Below, one piece after another: positions 19,526-32,292 of a stretch of DNA of 64,000 bases. The number at the start of each line of letters is the position of its first letter. Position 1 is the first letter of the stretch. A program made the position numbers and the translations under genes. Source of the stretch: Coprothermobacterota bacterium (GTDB taxonomy: Bacteria; Coprothermobacterota; Coprothermobacteria; Coprothermobacterales; Coprothermobacteraceae); contig JAZIGN010000001.1 of NCBI GenBank assembly GCA_036679065.1, forward strand, positions 32,001-96,000, written 5' to 3'. The notes below the pieces were generated by a model, which saw only the letters and a program-made list of their open reading frames with translations, was not told where the DNA came from and searched no databases.

Positions 19526-20342
19526 CTGTGGGAACCTCTACGTTTTTGGAGTAAGAGACCGATCGCTGTGAACCTGCGGGCTGCGGGTAAAGCATGAGCA
19601 GATCGTAAATCTCTTTTGGCATGGAGGTGTCAATGTTCAGATTCAACTGCTTGGCCTCTTCAGCGAAGATGGGGTTATCATGTGTGTAATACCCTTCGCA
19701 AAGCAGGGTTGCTACTTCTTCGGCCTTCTCTTCGTCCATGTGCTTCTTTAAAAACCACTTTACAGTGTCTTTGACCTGGTCAATAGCTTTGCGACTTATG
19801 TCAGCCAATATGAGGGTTTGATCATCAACGTTTTGAGCACCTTTGTCCTTGACAGCTTGCAATATGCTGGCTGCAGGCAAGCCATTAATTTGCGGGTCCA
19901 ATGGTCCAATCACAGCGTGCTTGTCCATGATAATTTGATCCGCTGCCAACGCGATTAGTGTGCCACCGCTCATAGCATAGTGAGGTATTATCACTGTAGT
20001 CTTTGCGGGGTGCATATAGAGCGCCCTTGCAATTTGTTCAGCTGCGAGTACTAAACCACCCGGTGTGTGCAGTACTAAGTCGATGGGAGTATCGGGAGGT
20101 GTGCTTCTAATAGCAGTCAACACGGCCTCAGAATCTTCCATGGTAATGTATCTGGCAATTGGTAGCCCCCACAGAGCCACGCTTTCTTGCCTGTGAATCA
20201 AGGTAATTAAACGAGAATGCCTTTTCTTCTCCCATGCACGTATGAGTGTCTGCCTGGCTGCCTGTAGATAGTGTTGATGCACAGCCGGGGACATGGCAGA
20301 AAATAGTATGATAATCCAAAGTAAACTCCACAGTACATCCAA
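19500..20342 (-). CDS. SDH-family ClpP-fold serine protease (DUF114)
   Basis: LHTPGG, YAMSGGTLIALAAD, GPLDPQ and YTHD (Ser-Asp-His). Confidence 0.88.
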   Translation of the reverse strand: MDVLWSLLWIIILFSAMSPAVHQHYLQAARQTLIRAWEKKRHSRLITLIHRQESVALWGLPIARYITMEDSEAVLTAIRSTPPDTPIDLVLHTPGGLVLAAEQIARALYMHPAKTTVIIPHYAMSGGTLIALAADQIIMDKHAVIGPLDPQINGLPAASILQAVKDKGAQNVDDQTLILADISRKAIDQVKDTVKWFLKKHMDEEKAEEVATLLCEGYYTHDNPIFAEEAKQLNLNIDTSMPKEIYDLLMLYPQPAGSQRSVSYSKNVEVPTDVSVIRYK

Positions 20343-20457
20343 GGAAATAACCTCCTTTCAGTTATTTGAATTATATTATATTCGGCAAAAATAAGAAATG
20401 TTAAGAAAACTCTCGGTTGATGTACTCAGCTGGCAAAAAATGTTCTATAATTTGGGC

Positions 20458-20727
20458 ATGCCAAGAAGGTTTAGAAAAATACGGAAGCAAAGAAAACCTG
20501 TAGAAGCTGGATCGGGTAGGTTCTGGGCGGCGTTCAGTGACGCTTACACCTTTGGAGCAACCCTGCTTGTGTCCATGGGTATTTTTGGTGTGGCCGGCTA
20601 CTACTTGGATCAGTGGTTGGGCACATTACCCACATTTACAGTGGCATTGCTGCTGATTGGCATCTATTTATCTTTTAGAGTTTTTATAAAAGACGTTCTT
20701 AAGCGAGGAAGGGTAAGAAATGGGTAA
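20458..20727 (+). CDS. AtpZ/AtpI (AtpQ-like) small membrane protein
   Basis: GYYLDQWLGTLP..T...LLIG motif with two TM helices; first gene of the atp operon. ATG 20458 preferred over 20398. Confidence 0.8.
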   Translation: MPRRFRKIRKQRKPVEAGSGRFWAAFSDAYTFGATLLVSMGIFGVAGYYLDQWLGTLPTFTVALLLIGIYLSFRVFIKDVLKRGRVRNG

Positions 20728-21358
20728 TGAACTCACGCTTTCAGTGAACAGTTTTTATTGGAGTTTTGTAGTTACTGGGTTACTGTGGTTACTGTGCTGG
20801 TATATAAGCTTGAAGGCAAAGGAAGAGGGCACGTGGAAGTACGCAGTCATGGCTTTATGGAATTGGCTGATTTCCTATGGTAAAGAACTTCTCGGTGATT
20901 ATGCTGAGGAAGTTATGCCTTTTCTAGCCACATTTTTTGTTTACATTCTAACGGCGAACTGGTTGGGGCTGCTACCTGGATTTGTAGCTCCCACACGTGA
21001 CTTATCTGTAACAGTAGGTCTGGCTTTACTTTTGCTCATTTGGATACATGCTTATGCCATAAGAAAAATGGGATGGAAGAAGTATCTTGCTGTGTTTTTT
21101 TCTCCAGCGTGGTGGATGTTCCCTTTAAACTTGATGGAACACATAACCAGGCTACTGTCCCTGTCTGTACGTCTTTATGGTAACGTATCAGGTGAACATT
21201 TGGCTGTTGCTGTCATATCTTTGCTAGTTCCTTTGATTGCGCCCATACCGTTATTGGGCTTAAGCATGTTTACAGGTTTCATTCAGGCCTACATTTTTAT
21301 GACTCTGGGTATGGCTTATACCGCTGAGTTTTTGGAAGAAGGAGGTCTTTTAACATGA
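20720..21358 (+). CDS. atpB: F0F1 ATP synthase subunit a
   Basis: PTRDLSVT, LSLSVRLYGN (essential Arg) and IQAYIFMTL. Confidence 0.95.
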   Translation: MGNELTLSVNSFYWSFVVTGLLWLLCWYISLKAKEEGTWKYAVMALWNWLISYGKELLGDYAEEVMPFLATFFVYILTANWLGLLPGFVAPTRDLSVTVGLALLLLIWIHAYAIRKMGWKKYLAVFFSPAWWMFPLNLMEHITRLLSLSVRLYGNVSGEHLAVAVISLLVPLIAPIPLLGLSMFTGFIQAYIFMTLGMAYTAEFLEEGGLLT

Positions 21359-21594
21359 GTGATGTAGTTGCTGCCATTTTATCTGCTGGATGGCCGTTGG
21401 GCATTGCAGCTGGGTTAGCTGCTTTGGGCATGGGAATAGCTGCGGGAAAGGCTTTTGAGGCCATTTCTCGTCAGCCTGATGCATCTGGAGACATAAGAAG
21501 CTTGACGCTCATAGCTTTTGCTTTTATTGAGTCTTTGGTTATCTACGTTCTGGCTGTGGCTTTCTTGATGCTGTTTGTTAGACCAGGCGTTTAG
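21355..21594 (+). CDS. atpE: F0F1 ATP synthase subunit c
   Basis: SRQPD loop and FIESLVIY carboxylate. Confidence 0.95.
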   Translation: MSDVVAAILSAGWPLGIAAGLAALGMGIAAGKAFEAISRQPDASGDIRSLTLIAFAFIESLVIYVLAVAFLMLFVRPGV

Positions 21595-21623
21595 TGAGCA
21601 AGTGAAGAGCTGTGTGATGGACT

Positions 21624-22358
21624 ATGACCTTTAACTGGTTTTCGCTAGCAGCAGCTGTTGTTAACTTACTGATTCTTTACTGGATACTTCAGAGATATCT
21701 GTTTGGTCCACTGCTGAAGACCATAAAAGACCAGCAAGAGCAGTGGTTACAGAAGGAAAAAGAACTACAGCAGAAAGAACTGGAGATTGCATCCAGAGAA
21801 GAACAATTAGAACATGAGCGGCAGGAGCTTGAGTACGAGGTAAGGACGTACTACGAACAGGCCATGAAAGAAATAGAGGCGTTTAAGGAAAATGAGCAGG
21901 CCGATGCTAGGAAGAAAGCGGAGACAGTTTATCAACAAATTGTAAATGCGGCTAGAACCGAAGCCGATCGCATTAAGAAAGAAGCCTTGCAGCAGATCGA
22001 CGATACCATAAAAGACGTTGTGACAAATGTCTACAAAGCATTTTTCCAGGGGCTAAGTAACAATGGTGACTTTGTTGCTCTGCTGCTAGAAGGCCGTATT
22101 GATGAGATAAAGCCCTTGCTTGGGCAAGGACGTTCATACGTCTTTACCAGCTCTCATCCACTTGACGATAAGCAGAAAGCCAGGGTGGAACATGTGCTCC
22201 AAGAAAAAGCCGGAGTTGGTGTGTCCTCCTTTGAGGTGGATGAAGAGCTTATTTTGGGTTTTCAGCTTTCCTGGAAAGCTGAGATGATCGAATACTCCCT
22301 GGCACAGCAGATCAGGGAGTATGTAAAGATTGAGGAGGCAGAAGGCATTGGAAGTTAG
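21624..22358 (+). CDS. atpF: ATP synthase subunit b fused to a delta-like C-terminal domain
   Basis: N-terminal TM VNLLILYWILQRYLFGPL, long coiled coil, and C-terminal TSSHPL...FEVDEELILGFQL...EYSL resembling the delta/OSCP C-terminus. No separate atpH in the operon. Confidence 0.85.
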   Translation: MTFNWFSLAAAVVNLLILYWILQRYLFGPLLKTIKDQQEQWLQKEKELQQKELEIASREEQLEHERQELEYEVRTYYEQAMKEIEAFKENEQADARKKAETVYQQIVNAARTEADRIKKEALQQIDDTIKDVVTNVYKAFFQGLSNNGDFVALLLEGRIDEIKPLLGQGRSYVFTSSHPLDDKQKARVEHVLQEKAGVGVSSFEVDEELILGFQLSWKAEMIEYSLAQQIREYVKIEEAEGIGS

Positions 22359-23806
22359 GCGCGAGCTGCCTTTTAGAATTGTTGTTCAGCCGCAAAGGTT
22401 GGAGAAGAAATTCTACGGCAGAGTAGTGGCTTACCGTGATGGCATAGCTACGGTGGAGGGCCTGGGAAACATTGGCTACTACGAGAACGTACAGTTTGAA
22501 GAAGGTGCAAAGGGCATTGTCATGGACGTGGACCCCCAGCTTTCCTATGTGGTTACCACCAGTGGTGAAGTCCACATAGGTGAAATGTGTCTGGCCACTG
22601 GCGAGGTACCTGGCATACCGGTGGGTTATGATGTGTTGGGAAAGGTGCTGGATCCACTGGGAAACGTTTTGGAGGGCGACACTTTCACTCCTGCTCAGGT
22701 TTACCCGGTTGAGCGACCTGCTAAGCCCTTGTATGAAAGGTCTAGGGTCAACGAACCTGTGGAAACAGGTATTGCTGCCATTGACATGCTCATTCCAGTT
22801 GGGCACGGGCAAAGAGAGCTAATTTTGGGAGACAGGCAAGTAGGTAAAACCACATTAGCCACTGATATTCTCATAAATCAAAAAGGTAAGGACGTTATAG
22901 GCGTTTACGTCAGTATTGGCCAGAAGGTTTCAGATACCGCTGCCATCATTAATAGTTTCAAGGTGAATGATGTCATGGACCAAGTGGTCATGGTTGTAGC
23001 CGCAGCTAGTGACCCAGCCATTGTTAGGTTTTTAGCACCTTATGCTGGAGCTTCCATTGCTGAATATTTCATGGAACAAGGCAGAAAAGTAATCATCGTT
23101 TTTGATGATCTCTCCAAGCATGCTGTCAGCTACAGGGAACTTACGTTGCTCCTAAGGCGTCCACCGGGCAGAGAAGCTTATCCTGGGGACATCTTTTATG
23201 CCCATTCACGACTTTTGGAAAGAGCTGCCAAATTAACCAATGGCGGCTCCATAACAGCATTTCCCATTTGTGAGACTCAGCTGGGTGATTTTTCAGCATA
23301 CATTCCCACGAACCTCATCTCCATAACAGATGGTCAACTGTTCCTTGACAGTGGGCTTTTTAATGCGGGTCGGCGGCCTGCCATAAACATTGGTCTGTCG
23401 GTATCCCGTGTAGGTGGGGCGGCACAGTATCCAGCCATAAGAAAGCTTTCTTCGGGTTTGAGATCCACATTGGCGCGCTATGAAGAATTGTCTGAGTTCA
23501 CAAGATTTGGCGGCAAGTTGGATGATGCTTCTCAAAAAATCTTAAGCCGAGGAGAAAGAACGATTAAGCTTCTTGTACAAGCAGCCCATGAATTGTACAG
23601 TTCGTTGGAACAAGCTGCACTACTCGTGCTCCTGAACAATGGGTACTTTGATACAGTAGATGTGGGCAACGTTAAGGAAGTCTGGAACAGCGTACGTGAG
23701 TACTTGAGGACAGAAGTGCCTCAGCTGAAGAGTGTAGACCTCCATGAGCCACTAGACGATGAAACTACCAGACTCATACTCATGGCTGGCGAGAGGGCGA
23801 TGAAAA

Positions 23807-23829
<23 letters not shown>
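22348..23829 (+). CDS. atpA: F0F1 ATP synthase subunit alpha
   Basis: GQRELILGDRQVGKT, RRPPGREAYPGD, PTNLISITDGQ and SVSRVGG; TTG start after GAGGAGG. Confidence 0.96.
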
Positions 23830-26319
<2,490 letters not shown>

Positions 26320-26396
26320 CCGGCGACTCAAAAATGCTGTACATAATCATGAACAACAGCGTCCCATGATGAGTAAAACTATGCGATAATATTTTC

Positions 26397-27611
26397 ATGG
26401 CTTTTTTGAATCTTTTTGACCAACGCAAGCTTTGGGAACTCGCAGAAAAGATTCCATTAGAATCTTTATCCGAGCGAAAGTCAATTTATGATGCATTGGG
26501 CTTGGTTTGCGCTGAGGACGTATTGGCACCTGAGGACATACCTCCAAAGGCTCGTTCTGAAGTAGATGGATACGCAGTACGGAGCCGTGATGTCAAAGGG
26601 GCTTCTGTGGAAAGGCCATCACTTCTTACGCGTGTGGGTAACATTGTCGTAGACGAAGTTCCCCAGTTTGAGCTTAACCCAGGTGAGTGTGCTTATATTC
26701 CTACTGGTGCTATTTTGCCTAAAGGCGCAGATGCTGTTGTAATGATTGAATATGTTGAAGAAAGTGGCAATTATGTGGAGGTTTTTAAGCCTGCTGCACC
26801 CTTGGAAAACGTGGTTTCGCCTGGCGAAGACATGAAACAAGGTGATATTGTACTAAAACGTGGTCAGCGCATTACTCCACAGGTAGTTGGATTGCTAAGT
26901 TATTTAGGAAAGTTGGAGGTTCAGGTGTACAGGCCTTTAAAGGTATTTGTGGCTGCTACTGGTAACGAAATTGTGGAACCTACTCAAGTACCTAAATTGG
27001 GACAGTACCGTGATGCTAACAGCTTAACTGTGTGGTCCATGCTCAAGGAAAGAGGATTTTATGCGCATAGGGGCTCCATTATTCGCGATGAACTTGAAAA
27101 CATACATGAAGTCATAAATAAAGCTACTCAAAATTACGATGTCATTGTTTTAACTGGTGGTAGCAGTGCAGGCATTAGGGATTTGGTAGTACGTGCGGTG
27201 GAAGAAGCCGGTGGTACGGTACTTGCGCACGGGTTCACCATAAAACCGGGAAAACCTACGGTTATTGGCATTGTCAAGGACAAACTGTTTGTTGGGCTAC
27301 CGGGCCACCCCATGTCCTGCTTTGTTTCCGCATCACTAATCTTAATGCCTCTGCTCAGAAGGTTACAAGGTGAGAACGTAAAGCCAATGCCACTGCTTAA
27401 AGCTCGTTTGCGAACCGCTGTATTCTCCAGAATCGGTGTGGAAGAATGGATTCCGGTCAGGCTCAGCTATGAAGAAGAGCTGTGGGCAGAGCCTGTATTC
27501 TCCAAGTCTGGTATGGTAAGCAGCATGGTGCGAAATGAAGGCTTCTTGAGGATACCTCCCGAGTGTGAAGGAATGGAGCCCGGTGAGGTTGTGGAGGTGC
27601 TGTTGTTGTGA
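26397..27611 (+). CDS. moeA: Molybdopterin molybdotransferase MoeA
   Basis: SEVDGYAV, TGNEI, GGSSAG.RD, KPGKP and GLPGHP. Confidence 0.93.
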   Translation: MAFLNLFDQRKLWELAEKIPLESLSERKSIYDALGLVCAEDVLAPEDIPPKARSEVDGYAVRSRDVKGASVERPSLLTRVGNIVVDEVPQFELNPGECAYIPTGAILPKGADAVVMIEYVEESGNYVEVFKPAAPLENVVSPGEDMKQGDIVLKRGQRITPQVVGLLSYLGKLEVQVYRPLKVFVAATGNEIVEPTQVPKLGQYRDANSLTVWSMLKERGFYAHRGSIIRDELENIHEVINKATQNYDVIVLTGGSSAGIRDLVVRAVEEAGGTVLAHGFTIKPGKPTVIGIVKDKLFVGLPGHPMSCFVSASLILMPLLRRLQGENVKPMPLLKARLRTAVFSRIGVEEWIPVRLSYEEELWAEPVFSKSGMVSSMVRNEGFLRIPPECEGMEPGEVVEVLLL

Positions 27612-29452
27612 GAAAGATCTATTACGAAGTGCGAGAACTGGGGGAAGCAAAAGCGATTCTGCGTAACATGTGTCCTCCTTTAAAAGTTGAGACAATACCT
27701 GTTCGACAAGCATTAGGCAGAGTAACGGCTGAAGAAATACTGGCGAACCGAAGTGTTCCACATTACATAGCGGCTGCCTACGATGGTTACGCCGTTGATG
27801 CTTTAGTTACATATGGCGCTTCTGAAGGACATCCTTTGGAGCTCACTAATTACAGGGTTGTGAGCACGGGAGACGCTTTGGAATTTCGCGAAACCTGCGT
27901 AATTCCGCTGGAGGACGTTGTTGATTCTGGTGGTAAGAAGCTCATCTTCAAAGCATTTGCCGAAGGGACTAACGTGAGACAAGTTGGTGAAGACATCATA
28001 AAAGGCGACTTAGTGGTTCCTGCGAGGCACTGGCTGGAACCCATGGATATTGCGCTTTTATTGGCTGCGGGTGTTTATGAGGTCCCTGTTCTTAAGAAGC
28101 CCTTAGTTCTTCTCATACCCACCGGAGACGAAGTGCGATCCCCTGAGGAAGTCCTTAAGGAAGGAGAAATACCAGAAACCAATTCAGTGTTCATAGTAAA
28201 TGAGTTAAAGGATTATTTCGATTTCATTGTGCTGCCACCTGTACCCAACAATGTGGACGCACTAAGGTCTGTCATTGACTCTTATTACAATGATGTGGAC
28301 ATCATTGCAACCATTGCAGGGTCATCTTACGGAGAAAGGGACGTGACAACAAACCTACTGATGGGGCAAGGTTCGGACCACGATTTACAGCAGCAACTTT
28401 ACGTACATGGTATAAACATAAAACCAGGGAAGCCCACAATTTTGGCCAGTTATCGTGAAAAACCTTTTATTGGATTCCCAGGTTTCCCTGTTTCTACTTG
28501 GGTAGTGGCTAAGTTTGTGCTCGATGGCTTAGTCGAAAGCTACTATGGCTTATTGCCTCAGTGTTGGCAGCAAGGCAAAGCGCTAAGCGGTAGAAAAATA
28601 CCCTCTGAGGGAGGAAGTATTGAATTTGTTAGAGGTGTTGTGGGCGCTGCTTCATCGCAAAAGGGATTGGTCTTCATGCCACTTAACCGTGGAGCTGGCG
28701 CTATGTCCAGCGTTGTTAGGGCTAACGCTGTATTAACCATCCCAGCAAATTCTGAAGGTTTCACTGAAGGAAGTGAACTTGAACTCCTCATGCGTTATGT
28801 GGGTTGGCCACTGCTGGTCGCCTCTGATGATATTGCCCTGAAGTTTCTGCTTAGTGATCTACGCAAGATGGGCGTTTTCTTAAACTACGTCTTTACTGGT
28901 TCTTCCACGGCCTTGGAGCTTCTTAGAAAAAATCTGGCTGCAGCAGCAGGAGCACATTTGCTTTGTCCTGATGGTTCGTACAACACCTGCATGGCTCCAG
29001 CTAATGCCATCAAAGTACCCTTCGTAAAACGTGAGCAAGGGTTCATGGTTCAGAGAGGTAATCCAAAGGGAATTAAGTCCGTGGAAGACTTAGAACGGTC
29101 GGATGTGGTTTTTGTGAACCGCGATAGGGGTTCGGGCACACGCATCTTACTGGATTACTTACTCCAACAAAAGGGCTTAGAACCGGATCACATTAAAGGC
29201 TATGATCATGAAGAGTTTTCGCATTTGCGGGTGGGTATGTGCGTGGCAAGTGGGTTAGCTGATGTGGGGCTCGGCATTAAGTTTGCTGCTGACGTTTTGG
29301 GACTGGATTTCGTCCCCGTGGCTGAAGAGGAGTATGACTTGTTCTTTCTTTCCGAGTACTCCAATCTAGCAGACACGATTAGTGACTTCATCAAGAGTGA
29401 ACAGTTCCGCGTTCGTCTTTCCAACATGGGCGGCTACCGTTTAGTTGAATGA
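27608..29452 (+). CDS. moeA: MoeA fused to a C-terminal periplasmic-binding-protein-like (molybdate/tungstate-binding) domain
   Basis: DGYAV, PTGDE, KPGKP and PGFPVS; C-terminal GNPKGIKSVEDL...NRDRGSGTRILLD. Confidence 0.9.
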   Translation: MRKIYYEVRELGEAKAILRNMCPPLKVETIPVRQALGRVTAEEILANRSVPHYIAAAYDGYAVDALVTYGASEGHPLELTNYRVVSTGDALEFRETCVIPLEDVVDSGGKKLIFKAFAEGTNVRQVGEDIIKGDLVVPARHWLEPMDIALLLAAGVYEVPVLKKPLVLLIPTGDEVRSPEEVLKEGEIPETNSVFIVNELKDYFDFIVLPPVPNNVDALRSVIDSYYNDVDIIATIAGSSYGERDVTTNLLMGQGSDHDLQQQLYVHGINIKPGKPTILASYREKPFIGFPGFPVSTWVVAKFVLDGLVESYYGLLPQCWQQGKALSGRKIPSEGGSIEFVRGVVGAASSQKGLVFMPLNRGAGAMSSVVRANAVLTIPANSEGFTEGSELELLMRYVGWPLLVASDDIALKFLLSDLRKMGVFLNYVFTGSSTALELLRKNLAAAAGAHLLCPDGSYNTCMAPANAIKVPFVKREQGFMVQRGNPKGIKSVEDLERSDVVFVNRDRGSGTRILLDYLLQQKGLEPDHIKGYDHEEFSHLRVGMCVASGLADVGLGIKFAADVLGLDFVPVAEEEYDLFFLSEYSNLADTISDFIKSEQFRVRLSNMGGYRLVE

Positions 29453-29542
29453 GAACACAAGTACCCAGGATAGAGGAGAATACTGTCGTTGAGAGCGAAT
29501 CAAAATAAAGTAAATAATAACAGTAAGGAAGTGTAAAGTAGG

Positions 29543-30481
29543 GTGAAAGACAGCTTTGGCAGGGAAATAAACTATCTTAGAATCTCTGTAACTGACCGCT
29601 GCAATTTTGACTGTTTGTATTGCAGCCATCCAGTAGAAATGCTGCCCAGGGAAAGAGTACTTCGTTTTGAAGACATCGTCGTTTTGGTACAGGCAGTCAA
29701 GGAGCTTGGCATAAAGAAGGTCAGATTGACTGGCGGTGAGCCACTGCTGCGCAGAGACATTGATAAACTAGTTGCCATGCTTCACGAGTTGGATGTAACA
29801 GTACACACAACAACCAACGGTTTCATGCTAGCGCGTTTAGCCGAGCCTCTAAAAGAAGCAGGTTTAGATGGTTTAAATGTGAGCTTGGATTTTGTTGATG
29901 CTGAGAAATTCCGTCAAATCACTGGTGGTGGTGATTTAGCAACAGTTGTGCAGGGAATTGATAAAGCACTCGAGGTTGGTCTGCCTGTAAAATTGAACGC
30001 TGTTTTTACTACCATGCACGAAACCAAGGATTTAAAAGAACTGTTGAATTTTGGTAAAGAACGCAATCTGCCTATACGTTTTATTGAGCTCATGCCGAAG
30101 AATCTCGGTTCATTTTCTTCTCTTTTTAGGCCAATTGGTGATGCTCAAAGTATGATTGAGAGTTTTACCCAGCTAAGGCCCGTAGGTACTAATGCGGTCA
30201 GTGGTGGTCCAGCTGAGTATTATCTGACCGATGACGGTGTGGAAGTTGGCTTTATTGGATTTTTCAGCCTGAACCAATGCAAACAGTGCAACCGCATTCG
30301 CGTTACCAGTAGCGGCGCCATTTATCCTTGCCTATTACGGAATGTTAAAGTTGAAGCTTTCGAGAGCATTAAGCAGGGCAAAGAAGCCACAAAAGAGGCT
30401 CTACTTAAAGCTGTTTCTATTAAGCCTGTGGCAGGTAATCCTGAGGAAGTTGGGCCTGACATGTCTGAGATTGGTGGTTAA
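29543..30481 (+). CDS. moaA: GTP 3',8-cyclase MoaA
   Basis: YLRISVTDRCNFDCLYC, C-terminal CxxC-x13-C cluster motif and terminal MSEIGG. Confidence 0.96.
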   Translation: MKDSFGREINYLRISVTDRCNFDCLYCSHPVEMLPRERVLRFEDIVVLVQAVKELGIKKVRLTGGEPLLRRDIDKLVAMLHELDVTVHTTTNGFMLARLAEPLKEAGLDGLNVSLDFVDAEKFRQITGGGDLATVVQGIDKALEVGLPVKLNAVFTTMHETKDLKELLNFGKERNLPIRFIELMPKNLGSFSSLFRPIGDAQSMIESFTQLRPVGTNAVSGGPAEYYLTDDGVEVGFIGFFSLNQCKQCNRIRVTSSGAIYPCLLRNVKVEAFESIKQGKEATKEALLKAVSIKPVAGNPEEVGPDMSEIGG

Positions 30482-30527
30482 AAAGGAATGTTTGTAAAGA
30501 TTAGTAGCAATATGATGAAATGAGGAC

Positions 30528-31793
30528 ATGGAAACGGATATGCTAGATGCCTATGAACGCATTAGCGAGGAACTAAACCAAGCTCCATGGTTTGGCCGCA
30601 CGCCAGACCTTACACGCATGGATGCTCTGCTGGATGAACTGGGTTTACCCCAAGCTAACACAAAGAACATCATCGTAACAGGTACTGACGGCAAGGGTAG
30701 TGTGTGCAGCTACCTGCATTCCATTTTGGGCAGGCGCTACAAAGTGGGACGATTCATATCGCCTCATTTGGAAGAGTGGACTGAACGTATAACCGTGGGA
30801 AAAGATGACATTTCCAGAGAGGATTTTGCACGGCTCTATGTTAAAGTCATGGAAGGAGCCAAAAAAGCTTGTCGTGTCAGTGGTGAGATGCCTACTGTTT
30901 TTGAGCGCTTGCTTGCCATGGCACTGCTTTACTTTGAAGAACAGGGCACTGAGTGGAACGTCATAGAAGTAGGCATTGAAGGGCGCTACGATTCCACAAA
31001 CTTGCTACCTGCCAAAGCCGTGGTGGTCACTTCAGTAGGTATGGACCATATGAGATTACTTGGTAACACCATTGAAGAGATTGCAGACGCTATTTCTGCC
31101 GCATTTCGTCCCCATGCAGTTGCTGTAATAGGTAAAACTGACCCTGCGGCCATGAACATACTGGAAGTGAACGCAAGAAGGAAAAAAGCTACTGTTTACC
31201 GGTACGGTAGAGACTTTTGGTACGATGGGAAGTTTCTCAGTTACTCAGGTAGCTTGGACTTTCAACTTGCTCTTAGGGGCGTTCACCAGTGGTACAACGC
31301 TTCAGCTGCCATACAAACAGTGCTGGCGCTGTCAGGTACCGAGCTTAACAACATCGACGCTTCAGATATCCAAGAAGGGCTTCGAGAAGCCTTTTGGCCA
31401 GGCAGGATGGAGACTGTAAGGGAGAATCCTCTAATTATCTTGGATGGTGCACACAATCCTCATGCTGCACAGTCGCTGAGAACTTCTTTAGACTTGCTGT
31501 ATCCCGGTAAGAAATGGAACATCTTTTTCGCTGCCATGAAAGATAAGGATTGGAGATCAGTACTAACACAGTTTCTGGATTTGGCTAACCATGTTTACGT
31601 AGTTAGAATGCCCTATGAGAGGGCGGAAAGTCCTGAAACCATCGTGGAGTTCTTGAAAGAAAAAGGTACATCGTCTTCAGTGTGCGAAGAGCAGGATGTA
31701 ATCAAATGCGATGAAGACGCTTTGGTCTTCGGTTCCCTGTATTTGGTGGGTGATGTTAGGAGGTTAACGAGAAATGCGGTTCACTCATTTTGA
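30528..31793 (+). CDS. folC: Folylpolyglutamate synthase/dihydrofolate synthase
   Basis: GTDGKGS, SPHL, EVGIEGRYDSTN, WPGRME, DGAHNP and GSLYLVG. Confidence 0.92.
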   Translation: METDMLDAYERISEELNQAPWFGRTPDLTRMDALLDELGLPQANTKNIIVTGTDGKGSVCSYLHSILGRRYKVGRFISPHLEEWTERITVGKDDISREDFARLYVKVMEGAKKACRVSGEMPTVFERLLAMALLYFEEQGTEWNVIEVGIEGRYDSTNLLPAKAVVVTSVGMDHMRLLGNTIEEIADAISAAFRPHAVAVIGKTDPAAMNILEVNARRKKATVYRYGRDFWYDGKFLSYSGSLDFQLALRGVHQWYNASAAIQTVLALSGTELNNIDASDIQEGLREAFWPGRMETVRENPLIILDGAHNPHAAQSLRTSLDLLYPGKKWNIFFAAMKDKDWRSVLTQFLDLANHVYVVRMPYERAESPETIVEFLKEKGTSSSVCEEQDVIKCDEDALVFGSLYLVGDVRRLTRNAVHSF

Positions 31794-32292
31794 AAATGGT
31801 CAAGCCATCATGGTTAACATTGGTGAGAAGTCATTATCTCACCGTGTAACAAAGGCTGTCTTATTTGGTACTCGTCTTAGTGTACCTTTGGCAAGGAAAG
31901 CCATGACTCTTACGCATGAATTCATACCCATGGCACATCCGTTACCTATTGCACCACTTAATTCCTCGTTTAAACGCAAAGCACAGGTAATTGAAGTGCA
32001 GGTTAGCTGCGATTACAAAACAGGATTGGAACTTGAAGCCATCATGGCAGCTGCAGGTTTTATGAAGGAAATACCCTATCTTGGTTTTGCTGCTATTACG
32101 CACAAAGAAGGCGGGAAGTCCGGTACTTTGGAAAGGCGAGCACAGATTTATAGAGAAGGCTTTTCTTTCCAGAAGGGAATATGGTACCGCGTGGTGGGCA
32201 AGGGGTGGCTAAAAGCCACAGAACATGGTCTCGAGAAAGTGCCAGACTTTCAGCTGGAGGCAGGGGATGTGATACTATGCAGCTTACAGTAA
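31774..32292 (+). CDS. moaC: MoaC-like protein A (keeps THF, MVNIGEK..R, AHP, KTGLELEA, KEGGKSG; lacks AAK and YDMxK)
   Basis: Motifs recognised by eye against the MoaC consensus; within the Moco cluster. Confidence 0.8.
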   Translation: MRFTHFENGQAIMVNIGEKSLSHRVTKAVLFGTRLSVPLARKAMTLTHEFIPMAHPLPIAPLNSSFKRKAQVIEVQVSCDYKTGLELEAIMAAAGFMKEIPYLGFAAITHKEGGKSGTLERRAQIYREGFSFQKGIWYRVVGKGWLKATEHGLEKVPDFQLEAGDVILCSLQ

